Shown: positions 9,452 to 20,133, counted from the stretch's first letter. The stretch: DNA of 64,000 nucleotides from Fidelibacterota bacterium (GCA_022571215.1 JACZYG010000014.1:3884-67883); one strand, 5' to 3'. The notes: generated from the letters alone by a model not told the origin. Made by a program: numbers and translations.

Positions 9452-10812
9452 TCATCCGCTCCGTAGGAATTGACCTCGTTTTTGAACACGTTGCCGCGTT
9501 CTTCGTAATTTTTGAACATATCAAAGCTTGCGCAGCCGGGCGAGAGGAGCACGACTTCGCCCGCCTCGGAGATCATGATCGCCGTTTCCACCGCCGCTTT
9601 CATACTTGTCGCAAAATGCACATCACTGATCGTCCAAAACGCCTTAGCGATCTTTTCGTCCGCTTCGCCGATAAGAATAAGTCTTTTTACTTTCTTTGCC
9701 GCGAGTTCCGTCAGAGAATTGAAATCACCGCCTTTATCTCTGCCTCCGGCGATAAGCACCAGGGGCTCATCAAACGAGTCAAGAGCGACCGCCAAAGAAT
9801 CCACGTTTGTAGATTTTGAGTCATTGACGTAACATACTTTGTCGAGCACACGAACCGTTTCGAGACGGTGTTCGACACCTTCAAAAGATAGAAGGGCGCT
9901 TCCAGACCTGATAGTGGAAGCGCCCCCTGTTGTGGTGAGAATCATGCAAGCCGCGGCGTTGGCTACGTTGTGCATTCCGCGGAGCTTGAGGTCTTTAATG
10001 TCTAAAATCTTCTCGTCTACGCTGTCAATTCTTAATCTGAGTTCAGAACCTTCCAACCAACATCCCTCTTCAAGTTCCTCTTTGACGGAAAACGACAATT
10101 TTCTGCTTTTGGACAGCGAGGCGATTCGAGTCGATTCTTTGTCATCGAAATTGTATACAAAGCAATCTTCGGAGGTCATATTTTCCACGATGCGTTCTTT
10201 CGCTCCGATGTAACTCGCAATATCGGTATGCCAATCGAGATGATCGGGTGTGACGTTCAGAACGGTTGCGAGGGAAGGATGAAAATCGCTTATCCATTTG
10301 AGTTGAAAACTGCTCAGTTCTAAAATATAATTCGTATCGGCGCTGTCGCCCTTGATGACCAGCGACGAGAAAGGAGTTCCGATATTCCCTCCGACACGCA
10401 CATCGTCAAAAGAGAGTTTCATCATCTCGCCTAACAGGGAAGTGCAGGTGGTTTTCCCGTTGGAGCCTGTGATGGCGGTTATCTTTCCAGTGGCAAACCA
10501 ACTTGCCGCTTCTAATTCGCTGTAAAGAGGCAGTTTAGAATCGATCACACTCTTGATCACGTCGGAAGTTTCGGGGATACCGGGGCTGGTGACAACGAAG
10601 TCGGCTTCCAGAGCCCTGTCGGTGTGACCATCGGTTTCATACGCGATGTTCATACCGCTCGCTTCTTTTATAGCGGTAGCGAGGTTTTCAGCTCTGCCGC
10701 TGTCGCTCATGAACAGCTCCGCGCCCGCTTCCGATAGGAGCCGGGCAGCCGCTATACCGCTGTTCGCCATTCCGAGCACCGTAATTTTTTTATTTGACAC
10801 TTCATGCTTCAT
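9448..10812 (-). CDS. murD: UDP-MurNAc-Ala-D-glutamate ligase
   Basis: TGSNGKTT, ELSSFQL, NDSKSTN, SPGCASFD. Confidence 0.98.
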   Translation of the reverse strand: MKHEVSNKKITVLGMANSGIAAARLLSEAGAELFMSDSGRAENLATAIKEASGMNIAYETDGHTDRALEADFVVTSPGIPETSDVIKSVIDSKLPLYSELEAASWFATGKITAITGSNGKTTCTSLLGEMMKLSFDDVRVGGNIGTPFSSLVIKGDSADTNYILELSSFQLKWISDFHPSLATVLNVTPDHLDWHTDIASYIGAKERIVENMTSEDCFVYNFDDKESTRIASLSKSRKLSFSVKEELEEGCWLEGSELRLRIDSVDEKILDIKDLKLRGMHNVANAAACMILTTTGGASTIRSGSALLSFEGVEHRLETVRVLDKVCYVNDSKSTNVDSLAVALDSFDEPLVLIAGGRDKGGDFNSLTELAAKKVKRLILIGEADEKIAKAFWTISDVHFATSMKAAVETAIMISEAGEVVLLSPGCASFDMFKNYEERGNVFKNEVNSYGADE

Positions 10813-10843
10813 CTTAATTTTTTAGCAAACTTTTTTGCGTACT

Positions 10844-10960
10844 GTGCGAGTCAGGATTCAGATTGACCGCAAGATTAAGAACTACAGCGTCAGGGTAAGC
10901 CCCGACTGCCACGTGGTTTTTCATCCCCTCCTTACTAAGGAGGGGACTAAGGGGTGGTTG
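10844..10960. repeat. Family C, C-variant and B hairpins between mraY and murD
   Basis: GTGCGAGTCAGG..TTGACCGC; GCGTCAGGG..CCCCGACTGCC; CCCCTCCTTACTAAGGAGGGG. Confidence 0.8.
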
Positions 10961-11011
10961 ATACACTGACCGCGATTCTAACCCATTATATTTATCATTC
11001 AGTCTCATCCG

Positions 11012-12115
11012 TTATCTCAATTTGAAAGTGCTTAAGCTGATTATTGCGGAGAGAATACCTATTATCCAGAACCGCACGACTATCTTTGACTCATCCATCC
11101 CTTTCAGTTCAAAGTGATGATGGATCGGCGCCATTTTAAAAAACTTTACACCCTCGCCGAATTTTCTTCTGGTATATTTGAAATACAGAACCTGAATGAT
11201 CACGGAGAGTGTTTCCATTAGAAAGACCGAGCCGACGAATACGAGCAGGATCTCCTTTTTAATCAAAATCGCCACAACACCAAGCGCTCCTCCGAGCGCC
11301 AACGCTCCCGTGTCACCCATGATAACCTGCGCGGGTTTACTGTTGAACCAGAGGAATCCGAGCGTCGCTCCGACCATTGCGGAGAGGTAGACGGTCATCT
11401 CACCCGAGCCGGGCAGATAATCAATGTAGAGATAGTTGGAGATTATCGAGTTCCCCGTGGCATAGGCCATGACCGTAAAAGCGAGAGCGGCGATACAAAC
11501 GAGTCCTGTCGCGAGTCCGTCAAGTCCGTCGGTCAGGTTGACGGCGTTCGAGAACCAGGTGACGGCGAAAACGACCATCGGGATATAGAAAACACCGTAA
11601 TCAATTTGATAATCCTTAAAGAAGGGGAGGTAGCTGCGGGTGCCGACGGACTCCCATTCGGGAGAGAAGTAGACTATTCCGCCGATTATCAGTCCGAGCG
11701 AAATCTGTCCGAAGAGTTTATATCTCGCTATAAGTCCTTTTTCGATCTTTTTAACAACCTTGAGGTAATCGTCAAGCCAGCCGACAAATCCCATCCATAA
11801 AGTCGCAAAGAGCGCAAGTTGGACGTAGTTGTTAAGCAGATTAGCCCAAAGCAGAGTCGGCAGAATGATGGCTGTAAGAATCAACAGCCCGCCCATCGTA
11901 GGCGTACCCTTTTTCGCATGATGAGATTCCGGTCCGTCAGACCTTATCTCTTCTCCGAGTCCATGTTTATGCAATAGCCTGATGACAAACGGTCCGACCA
12001 TAAAGCTGATCAGCAAGGCGCTGATTGCTGCGCCCGCGCTGCGGAAAGTGATATACTGAAAGACATTGAAACCTGAAACGTAGTCTCTTAAAGGATATAA
12101 AAGATGATACAGCAT
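11012..12115 (-). CDS. mraY: Phospho-N-acetylmuramoyl-pentapeptide transferase
   Basis: KKGTPTMGG, NAVNLTDGLDGLA, MGDTG, APIHHHFE. Confidence 0.99.
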   Translation of the reverse strand: MLYHLLYPLRDYVSGFNVFQYITFRSAGAAISALLISFMVGPFVIRLLHKHGLGEEIRSDGPESHHAKKGTPTMGGLLILTAIILPTLLWANLLNNYVQLALFATLWMGFVGWLDDYLKVVKKIEKGLIARYKLFGQISLGLIIGGIVYFSPEWESVGTRSYLPFFKDYQIDYGVFYIPMVVFAVTWFSNAVNLTDGLDGLATGLVCIAALAFTVMAYATGNSIISNYLYIDYLPGSGEMTVYLSAMVGATLGFLWFNSKPAQVIMGDTGALALGGALGVVAILIKKEILLVFVGSVFLMETLSVIIQVLYFKYTRRKFGEGVKFFKMAPIHHHFELKGMDESKIVVRFWIIGILSAIISLSTFKLR

Positions 12116-13485
12116 CAGTTCTTCTCACCGCCCATGAGAGCTATCACATCTTCCATTTGCATACCCCGTGAGCCTTTAACGAGTATCATATCACCGGGAT
12201 TTGAAAAATCCATGAGCCGCTCGGTCATCTCTTCTTTGCTCTCAAAGTGCGCCGCTTCCTTGCATCCCTCTTTTTCGGCCTCATCTACAGTAGCTTTGGA
12301 TTCCGTGCCGTAGGCGTAAACGGCATCGAAACCCGCAAACGAGATCTTTCGCCCTATCTCCCTGTGTTCTTCTTCGCTGTGGGATCCTAACTCGAGCATA
12401 TCTCCTAAAACGACTATCTTTTTGGAAGAGGAATTGAACGCGGAGAGCGAACTCAATGCCAGCCCGACAGAAGCGGGATTTGCATTGTAACTGTCGTCAA
12501 TGACTATTCTGCCCGCGACTTCTATCCGGTACATGCGTCCCTTTAATCCATGATAAGACTCTATCGCTTCGCAGATGTCGGGAAGCGGAACGGCGAACTT
12601 CAGACCGATAGCCGCTGCCGCAATGGCATTTTCCGCCATTTTTTTGCCCAATACATTTAAAGTGAACGGCTTGCAACCGTTGAATTCGATGACGGCGCGA
12701 GAATCATCCTCGATTCTCACTATCTTCCCGTTCATATCGGCATTTCCATGAAGACTATAAGTCAATTTTTTATCTAAATTCTCGGCTAACTCCTTTATGT
12801 ACCTGTCATCAATATTCACGATGGCAGTCCCACCGACCGCCATGCCCGTGAATAGTTCTCCCTTAGCTTTCGCAACCTGTTTCATGTTTCCGAAAAATTC
12901 CGTATGCGCCAACTCTACATTGGTGATAAGAGCAACGTCCGGCTCGGCGATGGAGCAGAGATAAGTCATTTCGCCCGGATGATTTATCCCCATTTCTATC
13001 ACCGCAAAATCCGTGGAGTCGTCCATCTCAAGCAGAGTGAGAGGGACTCCGATATGATTATTCAAATTCCCCTTGGTTTTGTGTATCTTCCCTATCTTCG
13101 AAAGAACGAGAGCGGTCATCTCCTTAACTGTCGTTTTGCCGTTAGAGCCTGTGATGCCTACTATCGGTTGATTTTTCAACTTTCGATGCAAATTGGCGTA
13201 TTGACCGAGAAAAATTTGCGTATCGACGGTGGTATATATACCAACTGATTCGTTAAGTTCCCGTTCATTCTCAGCGAACCATGTCCGTGAAACAACGACC
13301 CCTGATGCTCCGTTAGAAACGGCTGAGTCAAGAAAGTCGTGACCGTCGAATTTGTCACCCTTTATCGCTACGAACAGATTTCCCTCGTTTAGAGTCCTGG
13401 AATTTATCGATACGCCCGTCAGTTCTCTTCTCAACGGCTGAATTTCAGTCACGCCCTGTACCTCGCTAAGAGAAACAAAATTCAT
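12115..13485 (-). CDS. murF: UDP-MurNAc-tripeptide-D-Ala-D-Ala ligase
   Basis: TGSNGKTTVKE, NLNNHIG, DDSYNANP, LVKGSRG. Confidence 0.98.
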   Translation of the reverse strand: MNFVSLSEVQGVTEIQPLRRELTGVSINSRTLNEGNLFVAIKGDKFDGHDFLDSAVSNGASGVVVSRTWFAENERELNESVGIYTTVDTQIFLGQYANLHRKLKNQPIVGITGSNGKTTVKEMTALVLSKIGKIHKTKGNLNNHIGVPLTLLEMDDSTDFAVIEMGINHPGEMTYLCSIAEPDVALITNVELAHTEFFGNMKQVAKAKGELFTGMAVGGTAIVNIDDRYIKELAENLDKKLTYSLHGNADMNGKIVRIEDDSRAVIEFNGCKPFTLNVLGKKMAENAIAAAAIGLKFAVPLPDICEAIESYHGLKGRMYRIEVAGRIVIDDSYNANPASVGLALSSLSAFNSSSKKIVVLGDMLELGSHSEEEHREIGRKISFAGFDAVYAYGTESKATVDEAEKEGCKEAAHFESKEEMTERLMDFSNPGDMILVKGSRGMQMEDVIALMGGEKN

Positions 13486-13489
13486 ATCG

Positions 13490-14947
13490 TCATTTGCTCC
13501 CCATAATCTCTGCTATGGTCTCTTTGTCGCTAAACTTAGTCTTGACTCCCATCGTCTCCTGATAATCTTCATGACCTTTTCCGGCTATCAGAACAACATC
13601 GCCCGTCGTGGCGATTTTCAATGCCATCTTCAGAGCTGCCCGCCTATCAGGTATGGAGTCAAACGGCGTCTTCGGGTCTATTCCCTTTATTATCTCACTG
13701 ATAATGTCTTCCGGTTTCTCGTTACGCGGATTGTCTGAGGTTATGATGACGAACTCCGAAAGGGTGGAGGCGATCTCTCCCATGACGGCTCTTTTTTCCT
13801 TATCCCTGTCACCGCCGCATCCAAAAACCGTAACAAGTTTTCCCGTTCCGCTCAACAACTCGCGAGCGGCTGTTATAGCATTTCTCAGAGCGTCCGGCGT
13901 GTGCGCATAATCCACAAGTACGGTGAAGTCGGCATTTACCGTAATCTTTTCAAGCCTGCCCGGTATTTGAGGAAGCTCACCGAGATCGCCGTCCGGTTTT
14001 GCTCCTACCGCCTCTGCGGCAGCATAAGCCGCCATAAGGTTATAAACATTAAATTCACCGACCAGCGAGGAAGTGATCTCTATATCATTCTCAGGAGTGG
14101 CAAGATCGATCCTTAATCCGTCAGAAGAGTGGGAATAGGATGCAGCATGATAATCAGCAGAAGAATCTGACATCGAATAGGTTACTATCCCGGCAGGAGA
14201 GGAGGAAACTACCTTTTCCCACGCCGGGTCGTCTTTATTCACGACCGCCTTCGCGGACCGGCTCAAACCATTGAACAGCATCGCTTTTGATTCCCTGTAT
14301 GAATCGAAATCACCATGAAAATCAAGATGGTCGTGTGTCAGATTGGTGAAAAGAGCCACATCAAAAGCAAGCCCCGCAGCCCTCTTCATCTTAAGACTAT
14401 GCGAAGAGACTTCCATTACTGCATGAGTGGAGCCTGCTTTTAATGCGTCCCGCAAAAATTTATTTATCTCGGGCGCTTCCGGTGTGGTCAATTTGCTTTC
14501 GGTCATACCGCTGCCGAAATCATTTCCAACCGTTCCCATGATAGCGGTCATATGACCTGTTGATTGCAGAAGATATCGAAGTATAAATGCCACAGATGTC
14601 TTTCCGTTCGTTCCCGTAATTCCTAAAAGCTTTAAGTCATGCGAGGGATGACCGTAAAATGCGGAGGAGGCAAATGCGAGAGCCGAGCGGGAGTCCGAAG
14701 TTTTCAGCAGCGTAACAAATGATCCGTCAATCTCTTCTTCAGTTACCACCGCGCTGCAACCCTTATCGATAGCGTCATTAATAAACTCCGCGCCGTCGAA
14801 CTGTTGCCCTTTCAGAGCGAAGTATACGTCACCTTCCCGGACAGCGCGCGAATCATATGCTATCCCGCTGATAGGTTTGTCCTGCCCCGAAATAATCGAA
14901 TATTCCAATCCTTCCATGATCTCAAATAGTGTATGCGTTCCGCTCAT
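13490..14947 (-). CDS. murE: UDP-MurNAc-dipeptide-DAP ligase
   Basis: TGTNGKTS, DYAHTPDA, DNPR (DAP type), AGKGHE. Confidence 0.98.
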   Translation of the reverse strand: MSGTHTLFEIMEGLEYSIISGQDKPISGIAYDSRAVREGDVYFALKGQQFDGAEFINDAIDKGCSAVVTEEEIDGSFVTLLKTSDSRSALAFASSAFYGHPSHDLKLLGITGTNGKTSVAFILRYLLQSTGHMTAIMGTVGNDFGSGMTESKLTTPEAPEINKFLRDALKAGSTHAVMEVSSHSLKMKRAAGLAFDVALFTNLTHDHLDFHGDFDSYRESKAMLFNGLSRSAKAVVNKDDPAWEKVVSSSPAGIVTYSMSDSSADYHAASYSHSSDGLRIDLATPENDIEITSSLVGEFNVYNLMAAYAAAEAVGAKPDGDLGELPQIPGRLEKITVNADFTVLVDYAHTPDALRNAITAARELLSGTGKLVTVFGCGGDRDKEKRAVMGEIASTLSEFVIITSDNPRNEKPEDIISEIIKGIDPKTPFDSIPDRRAALKMALKIATTGDVVLIAGKGHEDYQETMGVKTKFSDKETIAEIMGSK

Positions 14948-16962
14948 TCTGATCCGGTTTCCATAGTCAACAGTACTTCGCTTCCGCTAACGACCCGTTC
15001 TCCGGCAGACGGTTTCTGTCTTTTTACAATACCGCCTCCCGAAAATTTCGGGTTTAAATTGCGTTCACCCAAAATCTTCAACGCGTATCTCAGGCTCATC
15101 CCCTTGACGTTCGGCATGATGTTGTCCGGAATCGCTTCATCTTGCGAAGTCTGTTTCGGTTCTATATACCGTACCGTTTGAAGGCTCAGGAGAGAGCTTT
15201 CGCGATTCACGTTTTTTCGGAGCGCCGAATTCGACCGCTCGATCTTGGTTGAAGTTCCTGAAACGAACAGTTGCGGGTTCGCATTCGCTATCCGTGTAAA
15301 TATCCTCTTCACAATCGGAGCGGCAACCTTTCCGCCGTAAGGATTGCGGGTTTTAGGATTATCAACAATTATAAGGCAGAGAAATTCAGGTTTATCTGCG
15401 GGGAAAAACGCCACGAATGAAGCATAGTACTCGTTTGAGTGCTTGCCGTCTTTTATCTTCTGAGAAGTACCGGATTTTCCCGCAACCCTGAACCCCCTCA
15501 TAAAAGCCTTCTTGCCGGTTCCCACTTTAACCACGCCTAAAAAAAGATCTCTTAGTCTGTCGGAGGTTTCGGGCGACATCACACGCCGGATAACCTTCAC
15601 ATCATCGGAAAATTCTACTGTACCGTCGCTCGATATTGCGGAACTGATGATTCGCGGTCTAAGAAGGTATCCTCCATTCGCCGCGGCTGCGTAAGCCATT
15701 GCGAGTTGAAGCGGAGTAACCGAGACCTCATATCCGATAGCGATCTCAGCCAGGGAGAGGGAAGACCATTTTTTCAATCCTCTTAGGACGCCATTCGATT
15801 CACCGTCCAAAGATATTCCGGTTTTATTGCCGAATCCGAACCCTCTTGCCGTTTTATATATATTCTCCCGCCCGGCGTTTTGGGCTATCTTTATGACTCC
15901 CACGTTACTTGAATTGTAGAATACTTGATTGAAGGTCAGCCAACCGTAAGGTCTATGGTCGGAAATTGTAACGTTTGAGACATCTATTTTCCCGTTTTCG
16001 CAAAATATCAGGTCCGATTCGCTGTAAAGATTGTTCTCAATGGCGGCCGTGGCCGTGACAAGCTTGAAAGTCGAGCCGGGTTCGTAAATATCGGTTATTG
16101 TTCTGTTCTTATAGTTAGCCACAGGATATTTCGTGTACTTATTCGGATTGAAACCGGGCGCGCTGCCCATTGCGAGCACGTCACCCGTAAGGGGCTGTAT
16201 GATAATACCGATAACATTCTCAGCCTTTTTACTCCGGTAAGCGGACTCTATCTCTTCCTGAAGGATTATTTGATATTCACGGTCTATCGTGAGGATCAGA
16301 TCCCCGCCCGGAATCGGCTCGACGGTGTGGGAGAGGAGACCGGAGAGGTCTCTGCCCTTGCCGTCCACCTTAAAACTCTTATGTCCGTCGGCGCCGCTGA
16401 GGAACTCATCATAGGTTTTTTCGAGTCCTTCGATTCCCCTGTTGTCAATATCAGTAAAGCCGATGATCTGCGCTGCGATTTCATCGTAGGGATAATAACG
16501 TTTGTTCTGCTTGATAGCTGAAATACCTTTAAAATCACGCTGAATTATCGCCAGACTCTTAGCCGGAGAGACCTTACGCTCCATCCATACGAAATTCTTA
16601 TCGGTTAACAGCTTCTCCAAATAATAGGATGAGGATTTACCGAACGTTTCACTAAACAGTTTTGCCATTAGCTCGGGATTCTCAATAACAGGAGGGTGCG
16701 CCCCCAAGTCATAATGTGGAAGATTCATCGTAAGTGGAGCGCCGTTCCTGTCTCTAATAATGCCGCGTTCCGCTTCAAGCGTTATTTCCTGATTATATAG
16801 GCTATTACGAGCCAATTGAACGTTTTCGTGATTAACAACTTGCAGCCAGAAAAGCTTGCTCATTATCAGGAGCCAGCCGGCTAAAACTATAACAGATAAA
16901 ACAGCAAGGCGTACATTCACTTTAGAACTGTTCACGCTTGATGTTCTGCTTTTCCGCTTCAC
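14944..16962 (-). CDS. ftsI: Penicillin-binding protein FtsI with C-terminal PASTA domain
   Basis: RGIIRDRNG, EPGSTFK, SSN, KSGT. Confidence 0.95.
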   Translation of the reverse strand: MKRKSRTSSVNSSKVNVRLAVLSVIVLAGWLLIMSKLFWLQVVNHENVQLARNSLYNQEITLEAERGIIRDRNGAPLTMNLPHYDLGAHPPVIENPELMAKLFSETFGKSSSYYLEKLLTDKNFVWMERKVSPAKSLAIIQRDFKGISAIKQNKRYYPYDEIAAQIIGFTDIDNRGIEGLEKTYDEFLSGADGHKSFKVDGKGRDLSGLLSHTVEPIPGGDLILTIDREYQIILQEEIESAYRSKKAENVIGIIIQPLTGDVLAMGSAPGFNPNKYTKYPVANYKNRTITDIYEPGSTFKLVTATAAIENNLYSESDLIFCENGKIDVSNVTISDHRPYGWLTFNQVFYNSSNVGVIKIAQNAGRENIYKTARGFGFGNKTGISLDGESNGVLRGLKKWSSLSLAEIAIGYEVSVTPLQLAMAYAAAANGGYLLRPRIISSAISSDGTVEFSDDVKVIRRVMSPETSDRLRDLFLGVVKVGTGKKAFMRGFRVAGKSGTSQKIKDGKHSNEYYASFVAFFPADKPEFLCLIIVDNPKTRNPYGGKVAAPIVKRIFTRIANANPQLFVSGTSTKIERSNSALRKNVNRESSLLSLQTVRYIEPKQTSQDEAIPDNIMPNVKGMSLRYALKILGERNLNPKFSGGGIVKRQKPSAGERVVSGSEVLLTMETGSE

Positions 16963-16996
16963 TCTATCTACCTATAACATAATGGTTTATGGATAT

Positions 16997-17335
16997 TCAT
17001 TTGACCTTCGCAGCGAGTCTTACAGGCTCCGGATCAGGGAAGACCATATTCAATTCATTCTTCGCCTTGTCAGTTATACGATCCGATCTGGACAGATGGG
17101 CTATCTCAGCGTCAAGCAAGTCTACAGCCGTGCGGTCTTTCGATAACTGCCTGTTCAGCGAGGAAATATCGTTCAAAGTGGAGGTGACCTCATTATTCAG
17201 CCAAACGTAGCCGATCATCATAGCGAATGAACCTATCGTAAGTAAAATGAATCCTAATGCCGAACCCTCGCCCTTCTTTTTAGAGCGTTTGGCTCGTTTT
17301 GGTCTTTTAATTCCTTTATTTAACGAATTAAACAT
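16997..17335 (-). CDS. ftsL: Cell division protein FtsL
   Basis: Single TM segment plus coiled coil, between rsmH and ftsI. Confidence 0.85.
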   Translation of the reverse strand: MFNSLNKGIKRPKRAKRSKKKGEGSALGFILLTIGSFAMMIGYVWLNNEVTSTLNDISSLNRQLSKDRTAVDLLDAEIAHLSRSDRITDKAKNELNMVFPDPEPVRLAAKVK

Positions 17336-17339
17336 TTTT

Positions 17340-18284
17340 TTATACCTTCTCCGCCGCTCTCAGCCGCGCGCTTCTCGAACGGGGATTGCTTCTAATTTCC
17401 GATTCTGTCGGTCTTATCACCTTTTTAGTGAGTAGATTCAACAGTTTCACCTGTTCTCTGTAACCTGTCGGCATTTCAGGAGCTTCTATACGAGATTTCG
17501 ACATATCCCGCAATTGATTCTTAACTATCCGGTCCTCAAGGGAGTGGTAGGAGAGAACAACTATCCTGCCGCCTTTATTCAGAAGTTCGACCGCTATGGT
17601 AAGACCCTTTTCGAGGCTTGATAGCTCTTCATTTACAGCTATACGCAGCGCCTGAAAAACTCGCGCGAGTGATTTCGTTTTCATACTGCCCATGATGACT
17701 CTCTTAACGATGGAGGAGAGGTCGGAAGTGGTTTCAACAGGCGATTTTTTCTGAAAATTAACGATTGCGGAGGCGATCTTTCTGCTGTGCCTCTCTTCAC
17801 CAAATTCGTAAATGAGATCCGCTAACTCCCTTTCGGGCAGCGATTTAATCAAATCAGTTGCGTTGATGCCTGAATCCTGATCCATTCTCATGTCGAGAGG
17901 ACCATCGGAGGAGAAGGAGAAGCCGCGTTCGGGGCTGTCTATTTGAGCGGAAGAGACGCCAAGGTCGAGCAGGACGCCGTCAACGCCCTTAACTCCCATC
18001 CGTTCGGCAATCTCGTTCATCATCGAGAAGTTACCTTTGCATAACTCGACTGTAGTTGTAGAGTTTTTGAATCGTTTTTTGCAGTGCTCAATTGCGGTAG
18101 CATCTCTGTCAATCCCTATGTAAAGGGCTTTATCGGTTAATTTATCAAGTAAAACTTTAGCGTGACCGCCACCTCCGATAGTTCCATCAATATAAACCCC
18201 ATCGGGGTCTCTGATTAAAATCCTCTTTACTTCTTCCGCCATAACCGGGGTGTGTCTTTCGTTTCCGCTGACATCAGACCCCAT
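17340..18284 (-). CDS. rsmH: 16S rRNA m4C methyltransferase
   Basis: HTPVM, DLGVSS, LDMRMD, NPRSRSARLR. Confidence 0.98.
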   Translation of the reverse strand: MGSDVSGNERHTPVMAEEVKRILIRDPDGVYIDGTIGGGGHAKVLLDKLTDKALYIGIDRDATAIEHCKKRFKNSTTTVELCKGNFSMMNEIAERMGVKGVDGVLLDLGVSSAQIDSPERGFSFSSDGPLDMRMDQDSGINATDLIKSLPERELADLIYEFGEERHSRKIASAIVNFQKKSPVETTSDLSSIVKRVIMGSMKTKSLARVFQALRIAVNEELSSLEKGLTIAVELLNKGGRIVVLSYHSLEDRIVKNQLRDMSKSRIEAPEMPTGYREQVKLLNLLTKKVIRPTESEIRSNPRSRSARLRAAEKV

Positions 18285-18295
18285 GACGGATTCAA

Positions 18296-18769
18296 CTATA
18301 AAACTATCTTTTCGGCGAGAGCCGCTAATTGCTCTTCGGTCAACTGTTCATCGTCCGAACTCTTCTTGTCCAGCTCTCCCGGATCCCAAATCTCTATTTG
18401 TTTCAACATTCCGATAATAACAGCCTCATTGCTCAGGCCTGCAACTTCTAAAAGGCTTTTAGGTATTGTGATCCTCCCCTGGCTGTCATACCTGCAAATG
18501 GTAGCGTACCGTGTCAAATCTCTAAGCCATTTCTGGTCTATCGGGTTCATGCGAAGGAGTTTTTTCGTCAGATTATCTTCGAATATGGACCAATCTTCAA
18601 ACGGCATGGCGACAAGGCATTTGTCCTTCGCGATACTCTTTGAAAGGACAAAAGTCCTGTTATTCGCAGGATGCAGTACTTTTCTGAAAGGGGCAGGCAC
18701 ATTGACCCTGCCTTTTTCGTCTATCGTGTACCGATATTCGCCTAAAAATGAATTTGGCTCTGGTGTCAT
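18296..18769 (-). CDS. mraZ: Division/cell wall cluster regulator MraZ
   Basis: Two DxxGR repeats and IEIW; ATG at 18769 preferred over the longer ORF. Confidence 0.95.
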   Translation of the reverse strand: MTPEPNSFLGEYRYTIDEKGRVNVPAPFRKVLHPANNRTFVLSKSIAKDKCLVAMPFEDWSIFEDNLTKKLLRMNPIDQKWLRDLTRYATICRYDSQGRITIPKSLLEVAGLSNEAVIIGMLKQIEIWDPGELDKKSSDDEQLTEEQLAALAEKIVL

Positions 18770-18810
18770 CACCTTGTCGCTTATTATTATAGTTAAAAAA
18801 TTGGGCTTTA

Positions 18811-18855
18811 ACCCACTATTACCCCATAACATACACTATTACCCATTGATGTCAA
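18811..18855 (-). promoter_or_regulatory. dcw promoter with MraZ-type repeats
   Basis: TTGACA (18855-18850), 16 bp, TATGTT; GGGTAATAGTG twice, 20 bp apart. Confidence 0.65.
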
Positions 18856-19146
18856 GGAAAATATTCAATTTATTCGAATCTACTTTAAGTTAAACCGCTC
18901 TGACCCTTATATGATAAAGGTTAGAGTAAATCATCTTTTTTTAGGTTTACTTGAATTGAAAGGGGGAATTACCCAATATTGCTACAGTAACCCGCCCGCA
19001 CCTAACGGAGTTGTTTAACTACATTCTGCGTGTGGAGAACTTTTATACATAGATATTGTATTGGTGGCGATTATATGGGGTGGAAGTGGGGGGTGCCAAT
19101 AACTCTTTACTTTTTATGTACGGTCAGGGCTTCGGAAGATTCTGCG

Positions 19147-20133
19147 TTAATTGTCAAGTGATAATCGTTCATAATCAGGATCGAAGAGTATTTGATTTTT
19201 CAATACTCCAATGACAATGTGAAGCAGTCTTCTCATACAAGCAGCCACCGCCACCATCTTAGGTTTTCCTTTAGATATTAGTTTCATGTAGAACCGACTG
19301 ATTATGGGATTATATCTGATGGCAGCTAATGTCGGCATAAATAGAGCGGCTCTCAACCTTCTGTTACCTGTCTTACACAGTCTGCTCTTTCCCTTGCGCA
19401 TACCGGATTGCCTTTCACTTGGCGCCAGACCGGCGTGGGCTACCTGCTTCTTTGGCTCAAGACTCCCGTTTATCTCGCTAAGTAAGATTCCGGCAGTGAG
19501 ATCTCCTATTCCCGGAATAGATGTCAACAGTTCTTTGTTCTTTTTAAGGTCCGGGTGGTTATCCAGATGCTCTCCTATTTGCTTTTTTACCTTTTCGATC
19601 TGCTTGTCGAATGATTTAATCATCTGCTTAACAGAGGACTTGATAACCGGAGTCTTCGCAGACTCAAGGTAGCTCATCTCATCGGCCCGTTTACGGATGA
19701 GATGATCCAGATGCCGGGTCAATGCCCTTAACTCGCGCACATCTTCGGCAAGAGCAGGCGTAGGAGAAGGTTTATGTGTTGCCATATATCGGGCGATCAT
19801 TCGGGCATCAACACTATCGTTCTTTGTTCTGATCAACTGAGACTGGATAAATCGTTTTACCTGGATAGGATTGAGCAGACTGATCTCAAAATCAGTGTGC
19901 ATCCTCATCCACTCTACCATCTCTGTTTCGTATCCGCCGGTGGATTCTATGCCCATATGGACAGCGTCTGCTTTGCAGCGAGACTTCTCTTTCAGCACCC
20001 AGCTCTTGATTTCATTCCACCCGCGTCTGTTGTTGCCGAGTTTCTTAGACGAACGTTTGATAGAACCATCGGACGATTCGATAGCGCTCGCGAAGTCATG
20101 CTTTGCCATGTCGATACCAAGATACAACTTCAT
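19147..20133 (-). CDS. IS110 family DEDD recombinase/transposase
   Basis: LGIDMAK, ESTG, KNDSVDA, SIPGIG, GLAPSERQSG, GNRRLRAAL. Confidence 0.96.
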   Translation of the reverse strand: MKLYLGIDMAKHDFASAIESSDGSIKRSSKKLGNNRRGWNEIKSWVLKEKSRCKADAVHMGIESTGGYETEMVEWMRMHTDFEISLLNPIQVKRFIQSQLIRTKNDSVDARMIARYMATHKPSPTPALAEDVRELRALTRHLDHLIRKRADEMSYLESAKTPVIKSSVKQMIKSFDKQIEKVKKQIGEHLDNHPDLKKNKELLTSIPGIGDLTAGILLSEINGSLEPKKQVAHAGLAPSERQSGMRKGKSRLCKTGNRRLRAALFMPTLAAIRYNPIISRFYMKLISKGKPKMVAVAACMRRLLHIVIGVLKNQILFDPDYERLSLDN

